64,000 nucleotides of DNA, taken from assembly GCA_963787255.1 (NCBI GenBank), contig CAWBCJ010000029.1:864001-928000 (forward strand), read 5' to 3'. This DNA is from Methanobacteriota archaeon. GTDB taxonomy: Archaea; Methanobacteriota; Methanobacteria; Methanobacteriales; Methanobacteriaceae. The notes beneath the pieces were generated by a model, which was given only the letters and a program-made list of their open reading frames with translations, ran no database searches and was not told the origin of the DNA. Below, one piece after another: positions 23,477 to 35,157 of the stretch. Position 1 is the first letter of the stretch. Each line of letters opens with the position of its first letter. Position numbers and translations under genes: made by a program.

Positions 23477-23844
23477 CATCTTTAATAGACATTTATAAGT
23501 TTATTATTTCTCTTCTTTAAGTTTAAGGGGAAGCATAAAGTTTTTTTCTATTTTTAATGTGATTATCATCACTTAATTTTTTTTAAAACCTGTTATATTA
23601 GTTATTATTTTCACATAAGCCTTTAATTACCAGTACTGAATGCATTAATGGGAGGATCAATAGTTTTATTAAGAAAAAGGCCGCACTTGAGCATAAAGTT
23701 TCAATTAAACAGGTACTGCTCATTAAAATGGATGAAAAAGCTGATAATTCGCAATTAAAAGCAAAAATTAAAAAAGAACAGCCAAAAAAGGCAGAAAACA
23801 AATAATGGACAGAATAAATAATCCTTTATTTTTTAAATTTTTTT

Positions 23845-24375
23845 TTATTTATTAAAATCATTTATTGAAAGAAGCGGTTCTAAAAGGATTCCCTCATTTT
23901 TAAGATTTTCTATGGCTCCTTCATCACGATCAACAACCACTACGGCTCTTTTCACATTCCCTCCATTTTCTTTAATGGCTCTAATTGTCTTTAAAAGTGA
24001 ATTACCGGTAGTAGTAACGTCTTCTACAACAACTATAGAATCTCCTTCTTGTAAGGTTCCTTCAATGAGTTGGGAAGTACCATAACCTTTTTTTGCCTTT
24101 CTTATCATGAGCATTGGGATTTCTGATTCAAGAGAAATGGCAGTGGCGATAGGAACAGCTCCAAGTGCAGGTCCTGCTATTTTATCTATTCTTTCTTCAC
24201 GTATCTGGCTTGAAACAATTTTAGCTATTGTTTTTAGTATTTTAGGGTCTGTAATAGCCATTTTCATGTTAACATAGTAATCGCTTTCTTTCCCTGATGA
24301 GAGTATAAATTTGCCAAATTTTACGACTTCTTTGTTTATAAGAAGTTCTATGAGTTCTTTTTTCTCGTTATTCAT
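23845..24375 (-). CDS. pyrE: Orotate phosphoribosyltransferase
   Basis: [33 protein letters not shown] motif. Confidence 0.95.
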   Translation of the reverse strand: MNNEKKELIELLINKEVVKFGKFILSSGKESDYYVNMKMAITDPKILKTIAKIVSSQIREERIDKIAGPALGAVPIATAISLESEIPMLMIRKAKKGYGTSQLIEGTLQEGDSIVVVEDVTTTGNSLLKTIRAIKENGGNVKRAVVVVDRDEGAIENLKNEGILLEPLLSINDFNK

Positions 24376-24423
24376 CTTGCATCACTATAATAGAATAGTT
24401 TTTTTCTGGATAAATTATGTTAT

Positions 24424-24573
24424 CTACATAATTTTCCTTGGATTTCTTTTACATGGTCTGCAGATGCCCTTTGAAATATCGTAACATTCCATACAAACTA
24501 TATTCCCACATAGAGAACATGTATACATTTTTCCAGGTTTCCCGCAAATGTTGCATATTCCTGTAACTTCCAA
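24424..24573 (-). CDS. Small Cys-rich zinc-finger protein (49 aa, not in ORF track)
   Basis: TTG start after GGTG RBS; MEVTGICNICGKPGKMYTCSLCGNIVCMECYDISKGICRPCKRNPRKIM has four CxxC pairs. Confidence 0.8.
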   Translation of the reverse strand: MEVTGICNICGKPGKMYTCSLCGNIVCMECYDISKGICRPCKRNPRKIM

Positions 24574-24625
24574 ATAAACACCACACTTTTATTTGGATTT
24601 TAAAATAAAAAATAAGTTGGGCTTA

Positions 24626-24892
24626 TTAAATCCCTAATTCTTGTGTTTCTAATCCTGGCTCGTCTATATTCTCTTTAAGGATTATTTTATCCCCAATTTG
24701 CTTAACCATGTCATATGGAATGACATTTTCCTCTTTGGATAAACCTATACTTTCAGATAATCCGCCTTTCCCTATTACAATTGCTTCAATTCTTTTGGTG
24801 CCTAGATTTACTTCAAGGTCTTTTACTTTACCTATTACAGTTGCAGAACTGTCTAAAACTTCTTTTCCAATAATTTGTTCGGCTACTCTCAT
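24626..24892 (-). CDS. PRC-barrel domain protein (CdpB-like)
   Basis: IIGKEVLDS...IGKVKDL, IPYDMVKQIGDKIIL; GGTGA RBS before ATG 24892. Confidence 0.85.
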   Translation of the reverse strand: MRVAEQIIGKEVLDSSATVIGKVKDLEVNLGTKRIEAIVIGKGGLSESIGLSKEENVIPYDMVKQIGDKIILKENIDEPGLETQELGI

Positions 24893-25132
24893 TATATCAC
24901 CATTTTTTTTACCCATGAATACAAATTTTTCAAAGTATGTTCTTTTCCATTTATGGTTATCAATAATTAAGTTTTACATGATACTTATACTTTCAGAATT
25001 TATTTTTAAATAGAATAATAGGAAAAAAATGATTTAAATTGTTTCATTTTTGTTTTATAACTTTAAATAGGCATTTAATTAACTTCTTATATTTAATCTT
25101 GCTTTTTGATAATTTATTTTCTATTAATGACC

Positions 25133-25187
25133 GAAAAGTATAAATACCAAAAATATAACATATAACATAAAGCATAAAACATATAAA
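25133..25187 (+). promoter_or_regulatory. BRE/TATA promoter followed by five tandem 7-bp repeats (putative operator)
   Basis: GAAAAG-TATAAATA (25133-25146), then ATATAAC ATATAAC ATAAAGC ATAAAAC ATATAAA (25153-25187), then GGTGA RBS. Confidence 0.6.
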
Positions 25188-25204
25188 ATAAAGGTGAGGA
25201 TTAA

Positions 25205-25390
25205 ATGGGAGCAATAACAGTATGCATTCCTGATGAACTAGAAATCGCATTTAGAAGGATCACAAGAGAGAAATACGGCGATAAACAGGGTAGATTATCT
25301 CGTGGAGCTACTGAAGCTCTCTTTGACTGGTGCAGAAAGGAAGGATTTGAGTATCAGTATACCGAAGATGATAATATCACTTGCGAGTAA
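25205..25390 (+). CDS. Ribbon-helix-helix (CopG/Arc-like) small DNA-binding protein
   Basis: AITVCIPDELEIAFRR...GRLSRGATEALFDW fits beta-strand/helix/helix; GGTGA RBS. Confidence 0.65.
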   Translation: MGAITVCIPDELEIAFRRITREKYGDKQGRLSRGATEALFDWCRKEGFEYQYTEDDNITCE

Positions 25391-25421
25391 CCCCTAATCC
25401 TCCAAAAAATGAGGTGATTAA

Positions 25422-25907
25422 ATGCTTGATTTAGGAATCCAGAAAGGAAATACAAGTTACGCAGATGAAGACTATGAAACTATCTATCTCTCTGATGTGG
25501 AAATAGGAAACGAAATAACTGGCGAAATATATGTATCAGAATTAAAAACAAAGGAATTCAAAGGAAACGAATTTCAGCAGTTTTATTTAATAATTAAAGA
25601 CCATGAAAACAAGCAGAAATGGGTTTGTAGTATAAATACTTCTGTATATACTAACGAGGACATTGTATCAATTTATGGTGCAAAAGGAGGTAGAGTTTAT
25701 CAGTTAATTGATACTTTAAACCATGCTTTAAATGATACAGAACTGGAGCAGCTTGAAAGTTATTCGGTGGTTTTTGACACATTCAGAGAAACAGTGAACG
25801 AAAAAGTAGATAAAGTAACTATAAAAGCAGTTCAGCCAAGTAATCCCAATGCCAAAACCCCTAATTTGATTGTAATTAAAGCTGAAGCTATCGAAGACGC
25901 TGAATAA
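25422..25907 (+). CDS. Hypothetical acidic beta-rich protein
   Basis: 161-aa ORF with GAGGTGA RBS, 31 bp after the RHH gene. Confidence 0.75.
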   Translation: MLDLGIQKGNTSYADEDYETIYLSDVEIGNEITGEIYVSELKTKEFKGNEFQQFYLIIKDHENKQKWVCSINTSVYTNEDIVSIYGAKGGRVYQLIDTLNHALNDTELEQLESYSVVFDTFRETVNEKVDKVTIKAVQPSNPNAKTPNLIVIKAEAIEDAE

Positions 25908-26023
25908 TTAGATTTTCTTATTTTTTTTAATAATTTTTTCTTGTATTTTCATTTTTAAAAACATTAATTTCAGTGAATCAAATTCTTAAATCCAATCTTA
26001 GACACAATTAGGACACTACTCTA

Positions 26024-26782
26024 ATGGAAAAATTCAAGGTTATAGAAAATCCCAGTATTAAAGAAACGGAAGAAATATTAGATGCAGGATTCAAAAATAA
26101 GGCGGTTTTAATAATTACGGCTTGTTGCAGGGTTTCTTATGAAGGTAGGGCCAAAAGTAATCTTGAATCAGGTGATAGAGTTATTATAATTAAACCAGAT
26201 GGTTCTTTCCTGGTTCATAAAAGTGAGAAGAGAAACCCTGTTAATTGGCAACCGCCAGGCTGTAAGGTTAAATTCCATTCTGAAAAAGGATTAATAATAC
26301 TAAAAAGCCTTAGAAATAAACCAAAGGAAATACTTGAAGTTGAAATTTCTAAAACACATGTTATAATGTATTTTATTCTCCAGGATGATAATGACTTAAA
26401 TCTGACGGGAAGTGAAGAGGAAATGTCCAATTACATCTTTTATGAAAATCCAGAAATCATTGAAAAAGGATTTAAACCACTTGCCCGGGAGAAATCCATC
26501 TCTAATGGGATAATTGATATTATGGGGAAGGATAAAAATGGAAATCTTGTAGTTTTAGAGCTTAAAAGAGGAAGGGCAACTTTAGATGCTGTAAGCCAGC
26601 TAAAGCGGTACATTGATAATTTAGGTGAGGAAAATGGAGATTTAAGGGGAATTTTAGTTGCCCCTTCTATAACTGAAAGTGCATTTAAACTTCTTTCAAG
26701 TTATGGACTTGAATTCAGGGAAGTACATCCCCCAATAAAATCTAAAATGCATAAAACGATTAATATGGATTTTTTTCCCTAA
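26024..26782 (+). CDS. nucS: Endonuclease NucS/EndoMS
   Basis: YEGRAKS, KPDGSFLVH, PVNWQPPG, D...ELKR, QLKRY, GILVAP. Confidence 0.95.
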   Translation: MEKFKVIENPSIKETEEILDAGFKNKAVLIITACCRVSYEGRAKSNLESGDRVIIIKPDGSFLVHKSEKRNPVNWQPPGCKVKFHSEKGLIILKSLRNKPKEILEVEISKTHVIMYFILQDDNDLNLTGSEEEMSNYIFYENPEIIEKGFKPLAREKSISNGIIDIMGKDKNGNLVVLELKRGRATLDAVSQLKRYIDNLGEENGDLRGILVAPSITESAFKLLSSYGLEFREVHPPIKSKMHKTINMDFFP

Positions 26783-27022
26783 TCAATTTAGTTAGTATTA
26801 AGTAACATAAAATTGAATACGTTAATTTAGTTTTCCAATATAGTTTCCTCGGCGCTTATATAAAAGGAAATTCAAAATAAAAAGTAAGAAAATTAATTTT
26901 TTTAATTTAAAAGCAATATAAAAAACAGTTTACTATTTAAATGGGTTATATTTTATTTTTCAATTAATTTAATATAGATATTACTACACTGTAAATAATT
27001 TAAAAAGATAGGAGGACTCTTT

Positions 27023-27430
27023 ATGCAAACAATAAAAATTAATAGAGATATTGAATTTGAAAAAAAAGTTCTTCTATGCATCTATTGAACCGCACGGAAG
27101 GCATCCACTACAGAAGGATGCGCGCCTTTTTACATAAGAAAAATAGCCACTACAAACAATATACATACTCCACCACCCAGAAAATTGCTTAAATTATCAA
27201 ATAGATTGTTTTCAGATATTCAAAAAGATCTGGAAGATTTTGAACATTTGGAAGTAGAAATGCACCTTGGAGAAGAAATATTAAACGCTAGTTTTAGGAA
27301 TGAAAACTTTTCAATTTCAACATCCAATAATAAAGAACTTGAAACTGAAATAACTGATGAAATTAATGAACAATTTAAAAAGAAATATCCAAGAACTTGT
27401 CCGCAGTTTTTACGCAGAGTCTACAAATAA
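27023..27430 (+). pseudogene. Hypothetical gene interrupted by an in-frame TGA
   Basis: GGAGG RBS and ATG 27023 are in frame with ORF 27185-27430; single TGA at 27086-27088. Confidence 0.6.
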
Positions 27431-27471
27431 AGAAAAATTAGTTAGTTTTTAAATAAAATAAATTAGGGGAA

Positions 27472-29081
<1,610 letters not shown>

Positions 29082-29084
29082 AAC

Positions 29085-29291
29085 CTATCCTTCTTCGTCC
29101 CATAATCCTAATTCTTCTTCTTCCATCTTTTTTTCTTTTTTATGCCATTCCATTTCTTCTTTAATTTGCTCTTCTTCGTCTTCTCCACCCTTATTCCAGT
29201 TAAGTATTCCATAAACTACGCACAAGAGCATGCTTAATACAGTAAGAATGTAAGCACTCCAAACCCAAGGGTCGGCAATTCCTAAGACCAC
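29085..29291 (-). CDS. Small accessory membrane protein of the symporter
   Basis: LGIADPWVWSAY..LCVVYGILNWN, one TM helix, directly upstream of the SSS gene. Confidence 0.85.
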   Translation of the reverse strand: MVLGIADPWVWSAYILTVLSMLLCVVYGILNWNKGGEDEEEQIKEEMEWHKKEKKMEEEELGLWDEEG

Positions 29292-29673
29292 ATTTTCACC
29301 TCCTTTTGATTATTGTTTTCTTTGAGAATAATACACGATTAATAATTAAAGATAGAAACCTTTTATATTTATCTATTTTAATTTATTGAGTATGGAGATG
29401 TTATTTGGTGGTAAATAAAGAACTTTAATATGGGAAGATTAATTGATATTATTTGTTAAAAACCAAAAAATTTCGATTTGGGGGTTAATATGGATTAAAT
29501 ATTGAAAATAAATGAATCTGGAGAGTAATTATTAAATTTATGGAAAAAATGGTTAAATATAACTCAGAGGTATTTTTTTATTTCTAAAATAACAGCAAAA
29601 TTAAAATATTAAATTTTAGAAAGGATAATAAAATCTAGTATTAATAATAAACTATGAAAATATTCTATTTAAG

Positions 29674-30033
29674 GTGAAGATTATGAAATTAACCAAAGAA
29701 GAAGTGCAAATACTTCAAGAACAGCTAATTTTGATTTATAAGGTCATACATCAAAATAGGATGGCAAATTCTTTTTATTTTCAGGGTATTGAAACTCAAA
29801 GTTCCTCAAGCGCATTAATCAACAGAATCAATGAACTTGAAAACCCTGAAGAAATACTAAAAACATGTATCGTGGAACTTGAAGAAATAAAAGAAGATAA
29901 GAGCTTGAAAAAGGAAATTTTCAATGAAATAATGGAAAGTTATGATATAAGTTTTATGAATAAAAAATATAACATAAAAAAAGTTGAAGATTTAGATAAA
30001 CTGGATATTAAGGAGTTACTGTGTTTATTATAA
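29674..30033 (+). CDS. Hypothetical protein
   Basis: 119-aa ORF with GGTGA RBS (likely start ATG 29683). Confidence 0.65.
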   Translation: MKIMKLTKEEVQILQEQLILIYKVIHQNRMANSFYFQGIETQSSSSALINRINELENPEEILKTCIVELEEIKEDKSLKKEIFNEIMESYDISFMNKKYNIKKVEDLDKLDIKELLCLL

Positions 30034-30064
30034 TATTATTAAAAAAAATAGGTTTTAAGTAGTT

Positions 30065-31495
30065 TCACTTAAAACTGAAAAGAGAAACCTGCTTTTCATT
30101 ATTTTCAGAATTCTCTTCTTTTTTAGTTGAATCTTCTTTAGATATATCTTTTTCACTATTTTTATCCTTAGATTTCTTCTTTTTGGTTACAGTTTTTTCA
30201 ACGCTACCTTCATTAGCCTTTTTCACCGTTTTAGATGGTTTAGATTTGGGATTTACCTTTTTCGCCTTAGCTTTTTTAGGTATTTTAACTTTTCTTGATC
30301 TAAAAAGCTTTACTTCGTCAGCTTCAAGTCCAAAGTAGGTCATCATGTTATAAGCTATTTCATCATCTTGAAACATAACTTCAAAATAGGGGAATTGAGA
30401 TATGGCAACTTTTTTGGATGTGTGAAGCTTTTCAGCAATTTTACTCGCAACTCTATCTTGTAAATCTCTTTTACCTCTGCTTTTAGAAAGCATGGTGTAA
30501 ACGGAGGAATTGGAATAACGTGCGAACTTTTTATAGGTTTCCTCTTTAGAAAGAGCAACTCCTAAACTCATGAGATCATAAGCATATTTCCAGTAAGTGT
30601 AAGCACGAGTTGAAAATGCTCTCCCCAGGTAAATATCAGCTTCAGAAACCATTTCGTAAGCTTTTTCTATCTCTTCTTTCTTTTCATATTCACGGGGGAT
30701 ATTTTCCGCCACAATTTCGAGTAAAAGGGATGGATCAGCTTCTACTTGTCGCAGCGCACCCTTAATTCTGGACGGATTTTTACTTTTTAAAATGGTTCTT
30801 ACAGCATCAAAAACTGTTGATCTTTCATCTTTTTGGGCTATTAGTTCAAGATCTTTAGATGTTATCTTTTCTTCGCCTTGGGCAATGATTTGAAGATCTC
30901 CTATTGCTGACCTTAAATCCCCTCGGGATCTTTTAGCAAGTTCTCTTATTACATGTTCTTCAAAATCTACTCCTTCTTTTATACATATCCGCTTTAAAAG
31001 AGAAACAATTGAGTTTGTATGGACCTTACGCAAATTAATAACGTGACATTTAGTTTTAAAGCTCTTAATTCTGTTACTGTAAGGATCATTAGCCATCATT
31101 ATAACTGGCTGGATTCCTTCCTTTATTATTTTGTTAATTGCCCTTGATCCGCCCCGGTCATCATTTCCATGAAGTCCATCAACTTCATCAAGAATTATTA
31201 ATTTTAATTTACCTCCGAATAAAGTCATTGAGGCTGATGCCTCACCTACCGTACTCATAATTGCATCATAGGATCGCTTATCACTTGCATTTAATTCTAT
31301 GGAATCTGAAAATTCCCCTGCAATTAAATGTGCAAATGTAGTTTTACCTGTGCCTGGAGGACCTAAAAGAAAGAGGCATTTTTGAGGATTACCCTCTTTC
31401 CAATTATCTAACCACTGAAGGATCTCTTTTTTCGCTTTTAAATTTCCTAAAACTTCATCAAAGTTTTTAGGGTGGTATTTTTCTGTCCACAACAT
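30065..31495 (-). CDS. rfcL: Replication factor C large subunit
   Basis: [32 protein letters not shown]; Lys-rich tail ending in PIP box QVSLFSF. Confidence 0.96.
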   Translation of the reverse strand: MLWTEKYHPKNFDEVLGNLKAKKEILQWLDNWKEGNPQKCLFLLGPPGTGKTTFAHLIAGEFSDSIELNASDKRSYDAIMSTVGEASASMTLFGGKLKLIILDEVDGLHGNDDRGGSRAINKIIKEGIQPVIMMANDPYSNRIKSFKTKCHVINLRKVHTNSIVSLLKRICIKEGVDFEEHVIRELAKRSRGDLRSAIGDLQIIAQGEEKITSKDLELIAQKDERSTVFDAVRTILKSKNPSRIKGALRQVEADPSLLLEIVAENIPREYEKKEEIEKAYEMVSEADIYLGRAFSTRAYTYWKYAYDLMSLGVALSKEETYKKFARYSNSSVYTMLSKSRGKRDLQDRVASKIAEKLHTSKKVAISQFPYFEVMFQDDEIAYNMMTYFGLEADEVKLFRSRKVKIPKKAKAKKVNPKSKPSKTVKKANEGSVEKTVTKKKKSKDKNSEKDISKEDSTKKEENSENNEKQVSLFSFK

Positions 31496-32461
31496 TTAAT
31501 CTGCCTTTGCTTTTAATAAGAACTTGGTTAGGAGCGCTTCAAGTTGTATTCGAGGATTTGAACCTTCTCTGATTCTGTAATCGTATTCTCCTATGCTTTG
31601 AATTAAATCTACATATGCATTGTCTTCAATGAGATTTTCCATGGACATTCTTGAAACTTCCTGATAAATTTGAGTGATCATATCCTCACCGCTGGTACCT
31701 TGAATAACCATAACTTCTCTTAGAAGGTCTCTTGCACCTAAAAAATCTCCATTTAAGGCCATTCTTACAATTTTCCTCACATCTTGAGGTTTTGCCTTGG
31801 AAACGATTTCGTGTATGCTGTCATCTGTGATTTCTTCAGTAGTGGATGCTGACGCTTGAAGTATGTTAATTGCCTTTCTTAGATCTCCTTCAGCAAAATA
31901 AACAATACTTTCAATCGCGCTTCTTGAAACTTTAAGATTTTCAGCTTCTGCTATTAATTCAAGTCGTTGGATTATATGATTGCCTTTTACAGGAGCAAAT
32001 CTGAATATGGCGCACCTTGATTGTATAGGGTCAATAATTTTTGATGAGTAATTACATGAAAGAATAAATGATGCAGTTTTGGTATACATCTCCATTTCTC
32101 TCCTTAATGCGTGCTGAGCATCCTTTGTCATGTTGTCTACTTCATCGAGGAACACAATCCTGAAAGGAGCACCTACTGCTTTTAAACGGCAGAAATTTTT
32201 GATGTTAGTTCTTACGGTATCTATTCCCCTTGCATCAGATGCGTTTAGTTCTAATAAGTTCTGTCTCCAGTATTCTCCTAGAATTGACTTTGCAAGTGCA
32301 ATTGCGGTTGTTGTTTTCCCAACGCCTGCAGGGCCTGTAAACATTAAATTTGGCATGCTCTGTTCTTCAACGTATTTTTTAAGTCGCGCTATTATATGAT
32401 CTTGACCTACAACTTCATCTAAATTGCCTGGTCTGTACTTTTCAACCCATGGGCCGTTCAT
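31496..32461 (-). CDS. rfcS: Replication factor C small subunit
   Basis: [27 protein letters not shown]; no intein. Confidence 0.97.
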   Translation of the reverse strand: MNGPWVEKYRPGNLDEVVGQDHIIARLKKYVEEQSMPNLMFTGPAGVGKTTTAIALAKSILGEYWRQNLLELNASDARGIDTVRTNIKNFCRLKAVGAPFRIVFLDEVDNMTKDAQHALRREMEMYTKTASFILSCNYSSKIIDPIQSRCAIFRFAPVKGNHIIQRLELIAEAENLKVSRSAIESIVYFAEGDLRKAINILQASASTTEEITDDSIHEIVSKAKPQDVRKIVRMALNGDFLGARDLLREVMVIQGTSGEDMITQIYQEVSRMSMENLIEDNAYVDLIQSIGEYDYRIREGSNPRIQLEALLTKFLLKAKAD

Positions 32462-32799
32462 TTAATCACCGTTTGTATTTTCCTGATTATCACATTAATT
32501 TAAGATTTTAGGCCTAAAAGTGTGATAAAATAAATTATAAAATTTCAATTTAAGTATAATTAGCAGTCTTTTTATCTGCATTATGGATTTGTCAGAAATA
32601 GATATAAAATTTATTGTTTATGAAAAGTGATTAAAAATTATAATTAGAAAAGCAGTTTTTGAAAATAACAGCTAAATAGTGATATTAGACTATTTTATCT
32701 AAAATCATTATATAATTTTGCCAATTAGGACGATTTTTTAAATTTCATTCCTTTTTATTTTAGTTAAATTATTATATTTAATTAAACTTATAATACTAC

Positions 32800-33153
32800 A
32801 TGAAATTAAAATATACTGGAATTGGAATCGTTATTTTAATATTGGGAATAGTTGCATTTTCTGGTTGTACTCAGAATCAGCAAACTACAACTGGGCAGAA
32901 TGCCCCAAATACTGTAATTATCCAAAATTTCGCATTTAATCCAGATACTCTTACTGTTCCTGTGGGAACAACAGTTACATGGATAAACCAGGAATCTGCA
33001 CCACATGATGTTGTAAGTGATACAGGAGCTTTCAAAAGCCCAAGTTTAAACACAGGAGCAAATTATACATACACTTTTAACCAGGCAGGCGAATATCCTT
33101 ATCACTGTGGAATACATCCATCAATGAAAGCTAAAGTAATCGTCAATAAATGA
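32800..33153 (+). CDS. Cupredoxin (plastocyanin/amicyanin-like) lipoprotein
   Basis: Signal peptide with lipobox FSGC; type-1 Cu ligands PHDV and YHCGIHPSM. Confidence 0.9.
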   Translation: MKLKYTGIGIVILILGIVAFSGCTQNQQTTTGQNAPNTVIIQNFAFNPDTLTVPVGTTVTWINQESAPHDVVSDTGAFKSPSLNTGANYTYTFNQAGEYPYHCGIHPSMKAKVIVNK

Positions 33154-33173
33154 ATTTTTTAAAGTAAGATAAA

Positions 33174-33563
33174 ATGTTAAGTGAGATAGCTTATTTTCCA
33201 ATATTTGGAAAGCCGTTGATACTTTATATGGGTGTTATCACTCTTCTTTCATTCGTTATCACGGCTTCTATCGGTTTGATGATTTTTAGAGGTAGATCAA
33301 TACCTTTTAAATGGCATCCAACAATGGCAGGTATTTCTATAACTATTGGGATAATTCACGGAATTTTGGGAATATCAACAGGAAGGCCATTTATAATTCT
33401 TCTGGGTATCATTACAATATCCCTATTTCTCAGCACTGCCTCAATAGGCTTAATGATTTTTAAAGGAAGGAATATACCATTTAAAATTCATCCTACAATG
33501 GCCAGTATTGCCATAATGGTAGGAATAATTCATGGAACTTTGGGAATATCAATTTATCTATAA
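33174..33563 (+). CDS. Four-TM membrane protein with internal duplication and paired histidines
   Basis: Two repeats of ASIGLMIFxGRxIPFKxHPTMAxIxIxxGIIHG. Confidence 0.8.
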   Translation: MLSEIAYFPIFGKPLILYMGVITLLSFVITASIGLMIFRGRSIPFKWHPTMAGISITIGIIHGILGISTGRPFIILLGIITISLFLSTASIGLMIFKGRNIPFKIHPTMASIAIMVGIIHGTLGISIYL

Positions 33564-33639
33564 TATTCGATCTAAAAATGAATTAAATCATTTAAATAAT
33601 TTAATTATATCAAACATATTTCTTTAATATTAAAAATAG

Positions 33640-34893
33640 TTATTTAAATAAATCATTTAGTTCCGGGTGGATTTTATCTTTAATTCCAAGCTCATCCATG
33701 GTTTTTCCATAAGAATTATTAATTACTTTAAATTCTGCACGTACTATTCCTCTAAAAGCACCGTATCCCATGACTTTACCGTAATTTTCTGTTATAATTT
33801 CAATAATCTTACTGAAATCAATGATAAGTGTTTTTTCTCTTTCATCTAAAGGAATATCTTCAACATTTTCTCTTATTTTATCAAAATCTATTGCAGAATT
33901 GCTTTTCACATCAACATCTTTAAGGATGGTTTTGCAGTCTTCTAATGGTAAAAATCTTTTTATTAGACCTCTTGCGGGGGATACACCCATGATTTTACTT
34001 GCTCCAATGGACATTGCCAAAAATATGGATTCATAAACATCTAAAATTAAATTAGCCTTTTCTTCTGGAGATTCAGGTATTTGAACATTTTCAGGTAGTT
34101 TAGGGAATGAAATTGGAGGTCTAATAACTGGAATATTGCTACCTGGTTCTTCAACTTCTTCTGGAACTTCAAGCTCTTCATCAGACATTTCTGCTTCTAT
34201 TTCGAGTTCATCTTCTACAATTGAAGGTGTTATTTCTTCATTTTCAGCACTGATCTCATCTTCTGATTTAATTTCTAAAATTTCTGTAAGTTTTTCTTTG
34301 GCCTCTTCAGAATCCAGTGATTTGAATTCTTGTGATTCAATTATTTCATCTAATTTTTCAGTTCCCACTACTTTTTCAAATGCTTCGGAAATATCTTCAG
34401 TTTCGGCAATTCTTTCAACCACTTCTTCTATTTCTGCAGGTTCTAAATCTGATGATTCAATGAGTTTATCAATTTCAGACTTTTCAGTTGATACTTCTTC
34501 TTCAACTGTTTCTGTGAAAACCATATTTTTTGTAAGTTCCATTATATTTTGTGCGGCTCTTTTTGCTGAAACCATAACAAGTCCAACATTTGCTGATACT
34601 TCCATGAGCAAGATAAAATGAACATTACCTAGATGCAAAAATAAAGCCTTTCCTTCCTTTGATTCAACTAGAACTCGCTCTATTTCACCCTGGTCTGCAG
34701 AACTAAGTAATCTTTTAGAGGAACTGGTGATTACATATGCCATTGGTCCAAAAAGAGAAGTATCTGTCCCCCTTGACATGCTATGGCATATCACATTTCC
34801 GTTGCTATCGGATATTAAACCACTTTCTACGCCATCAATTCTATTTAAATCAATCAGTATGCTCATTAGTTGGTTTTCAGTGCTTGAGTCCAT
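33640..34893 (-). CDS. Roadblock/LC7 domain protein with acidic linker and helical C-terminal domain
   Basis: LNRIDGVESGLISDSNG...ANVGLVMVSAKRAA roadblock pattern in the first ~120 aa; Glu-rich middle. Confidence 0.85.
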   Translation of the reverse strand: MDSSTENQLMSILIDLNRIDGVESGLISDSNGNVICHSMSRGTDTSLFGPMAYVITSSSKRLLSSADQGEIERVLVESKEGKALFLHLGNVHFILLMEVSANVGLVMVSAKRAAQNIMELTKNMVFTETVEEEVSTEKSEIDKLIESSDLEPAEIEEVVERIAETEDISEAFEKVVGTEKLDEIIESQEFKSLDSEEAKEKLTEILEIKSEDEISAENEEITPSIVEDELEIEAEMSDEELEVPEEVEEPGSNIPVIRPPISFPKLPENVQIPESPEEKANLILDVYESIFLAMSIGASKIMGVSPARGLIKRFLPLEDCKTILKDVDVKSNSAIDFDKIRENVEDIPLDEREKTLIIDFSKIIEIITENYGKVMGYGAFRGIVRAEFKVINNSYGKTMDELGIKDKIHPELNDLFK

Positions 34894-35113
34894 ATAACCA
34901 CTTGTATATTTGAAAGAAGTATATCCTATGTGTATGTAGAATGTTTATTAAAAAATTATCTCCAAAATACTATTGTTTTATGATATTTAAATTAATTACA
35001 ATATCATTTTAATGTTCTGAATTTAATTGGAAAATATTAAATAATAATGATTATTCAATTTCAAAAGAGTATTGTTTAGCTTCATTTTTTTTAAATCAAT
35101 GATATTGACATTC

Positions 35114-35146
35114 AAAAAAAAAATAAAATAAAAATAAAAAAAGAAA
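35114..35146 (-). terminator. Oligo-T tract after the hydrogenase operon
   Basis: Long A-runs on + (T-runs on -) just 3' of the large-subunit stop codon. Confidence 0.45.
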
Positions 35147-35157
35147 GAGATTATTCG

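Noticed and set aside
23598-23805. Open frames on both strands between moaB and pyrE
   Set aside because: The plus frame has no upstream start or RBS, the minus ORF is its mirror, and neither has a motif; at most a gene remnant
31496-32461. Intein in the RFC small subunit
   Set aside because: The protein is normal length (321 aa) and uninterrupted at the Walker A site
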